Shown here piece after piece: positions 62,858-64,000 of a DNA stretch of 64,000 bases. Every line of letters starts with the position of its first letter. Positions within the stretch are counted from its first letter, which is position 1. Below the pieces are notes generated by a model. The model was not told the DNA's origin. It was given only the letters and a program-made list of their open reading frames with translations, and searched no databases. This DNA comes from Sphaerodactylus townsendi (Eukaryota), in NCBI RefSeq assembly GCF_021028975.2, contig NC_059439.1, positions 9,362,001-9,426,000 on the forward strand, in the 5' to 3' direction. A program made the position numbers and the translations under genes.

Positions 62858-63982
62858 TCATGGCGAGGAACTGCACTCCCCCTGAACGCCTGAGCTTATA
62901 ACCACAGTGTCCTCCTTTGCTGTTGCTTGGGTGGAGGGGGCTTCAGCTCCTGAGTCAATGTCAGTCAAAATGACCAGTCTCCCCTCGGAGCTTGCACTGC
63001 TGGCAGGGAGGGGGGAGGTTTGCCACTCCTCTGTTCCTGCGGACGTCGAAGGTTGGTTCAGAAATACTGATGCTTCCAGCCTCGTCAATCTTCTCTCAAC
63101 ACCAGCGATGGTGCTCTCCAGTCGTTTCATGCGGAGATTTACTGCTGATACTGCACGTTAAGGTAAGAAGATTGTGAAAATATCACTGTTAGTGTGCACT
63201 ACTGCATCAGAACTGAACTGAGGAACTTCACGCTCTCCAGAACACTTACACATTTTTAAACATTCCTGCACTGCGGCTGGTTTCGCTGGTGCCAACGACC
63301 CTCTTTGTCCATGGGATGTTCCTGTTGGGAGTATAAGTTTGCATTATTAGAAACCATTCATGGCTTCCGCAGATTAATCCGTATAAAGTAAGATCAATGT
63401 CCCTAACAGCGCACTTGGTGGGGATGTTCTGCTATTCCCCCCCAGACCACCATGTGTATTGTTAACTTCCATCCCTGAGGCATGCAGTGTCCCATGCACC
63501 CATTGTGGACAAGGGTGCAAACCAAGGCAAGCCGCACTGCTGCACCAGTGTTTGCATAACACTTTGGAAAACCAAATGAGAATGCCAAGGTGGGCTGAGT
63601 GGCCCTAAAGTTGACATCAGCACGTTTGCACTCATTACAAAACGGGGGTGAGCTGCCAGTTAACGATACCCTCACTTTGCAAGCAAGCCAGGCTGGCACG
63701 CACCCATTTTAAGTGCTGCATGCAAGGAGACAAGGCGATGCGCCAGGCCTGCTGGAATTGTCATGAAGCCAGGCAGTCCTGATGAAATGCCGATCTCACC
63801 TGGCTCACTGCTCTCCACTTCTCCGGAGGACCGGGCTGCTGCAGAACGCCGCCCGCCCACCGTTCCCTTGGCGACTCTGTCATCATCAGAACTGCTCTCC
63901 TCGTCCTCTTCTGGTCTTTGGAACCCTGCAAAAGCGATGCGCAACTGTCAGGGCCACGACCCTGCCAGTAGCCTCCGCCTTC
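62858..63982 (-). pseudogene. Harbinger second gene (expected Myb/SANT-like protein), last three exons: 63800-63982, 63250-63321, 62858-63150
   Basis: Phase-1 GT-AG introns join the exons in frame: ...PEEDEESSSDDD...SEP|GTSHGQRGSLAP...LKM|LSAVNLRMKRLESTIAGVERRLTRLEA (coiled coil)...SSP-stop. One internal TGA; minus-strand AATAAA at 62777-62782. The Myb domain itself is not visible in the window. Confidence 0.65.
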
Positions 63983-64000
63983 CTGTAAGTTTCCAATTAT

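Larger units (their letters stand above)
59747..64000. mobile_element. PIF/Harbinger DNA transposon, autonomous two-gene architecture, decayed; continues past the window
   Basis: Left TIR GGGTGTTTCCCCAC after TAG; subterminal GAGCTCG repeats; plus-strand transposase and a convergent minus-strand multi-exon gene. Confidence 0.85.

Overview
This is vertebrate genomic DNA, almost certainly squamate and probably gecko judging from the SINE/MITE repertoire (inference), from a type I (acidic) keratin cluster. Two paralogous KRT9-like keratin genes lie on the minus strand. Gene A shows only exon 1 (CDS 1815-2558); the rest runs off the left edge. Gene B is complete: 8 exons between 38739 and 50541, reconstructed to 499 aa, moderately cysteine-enriched (18 Cys), with Cys inside the normally invariant helix-initiation and helix-termination motifs. 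The remainder is a dense, often nested transposon landscape. It includes a full-length Gypsy/chromovirus (sushi-like) LTR element (17593-23987, 5-bp TSD), a Helitron carrying captured and nested DNA (33455-35412), and a decayed two-gene, intron-containing PIF/Harbinger transposon (59747 to window end) with related MITEs, one of which holds a tRNA-like Pol III cassette. There is also a 5'-truncated L1 with a 13-bp TSD, plus L2, CR1 and RTE-X-like LINE pieces, Penelope remnants with hammerhead-like cores, tRNA/CORE-type and 5S-derived SINEs, and hAT MITEs. There are three N-gaps. No prokaryotic features or CRISPR arrays were seen. All calls were made by eye, with no database searches.
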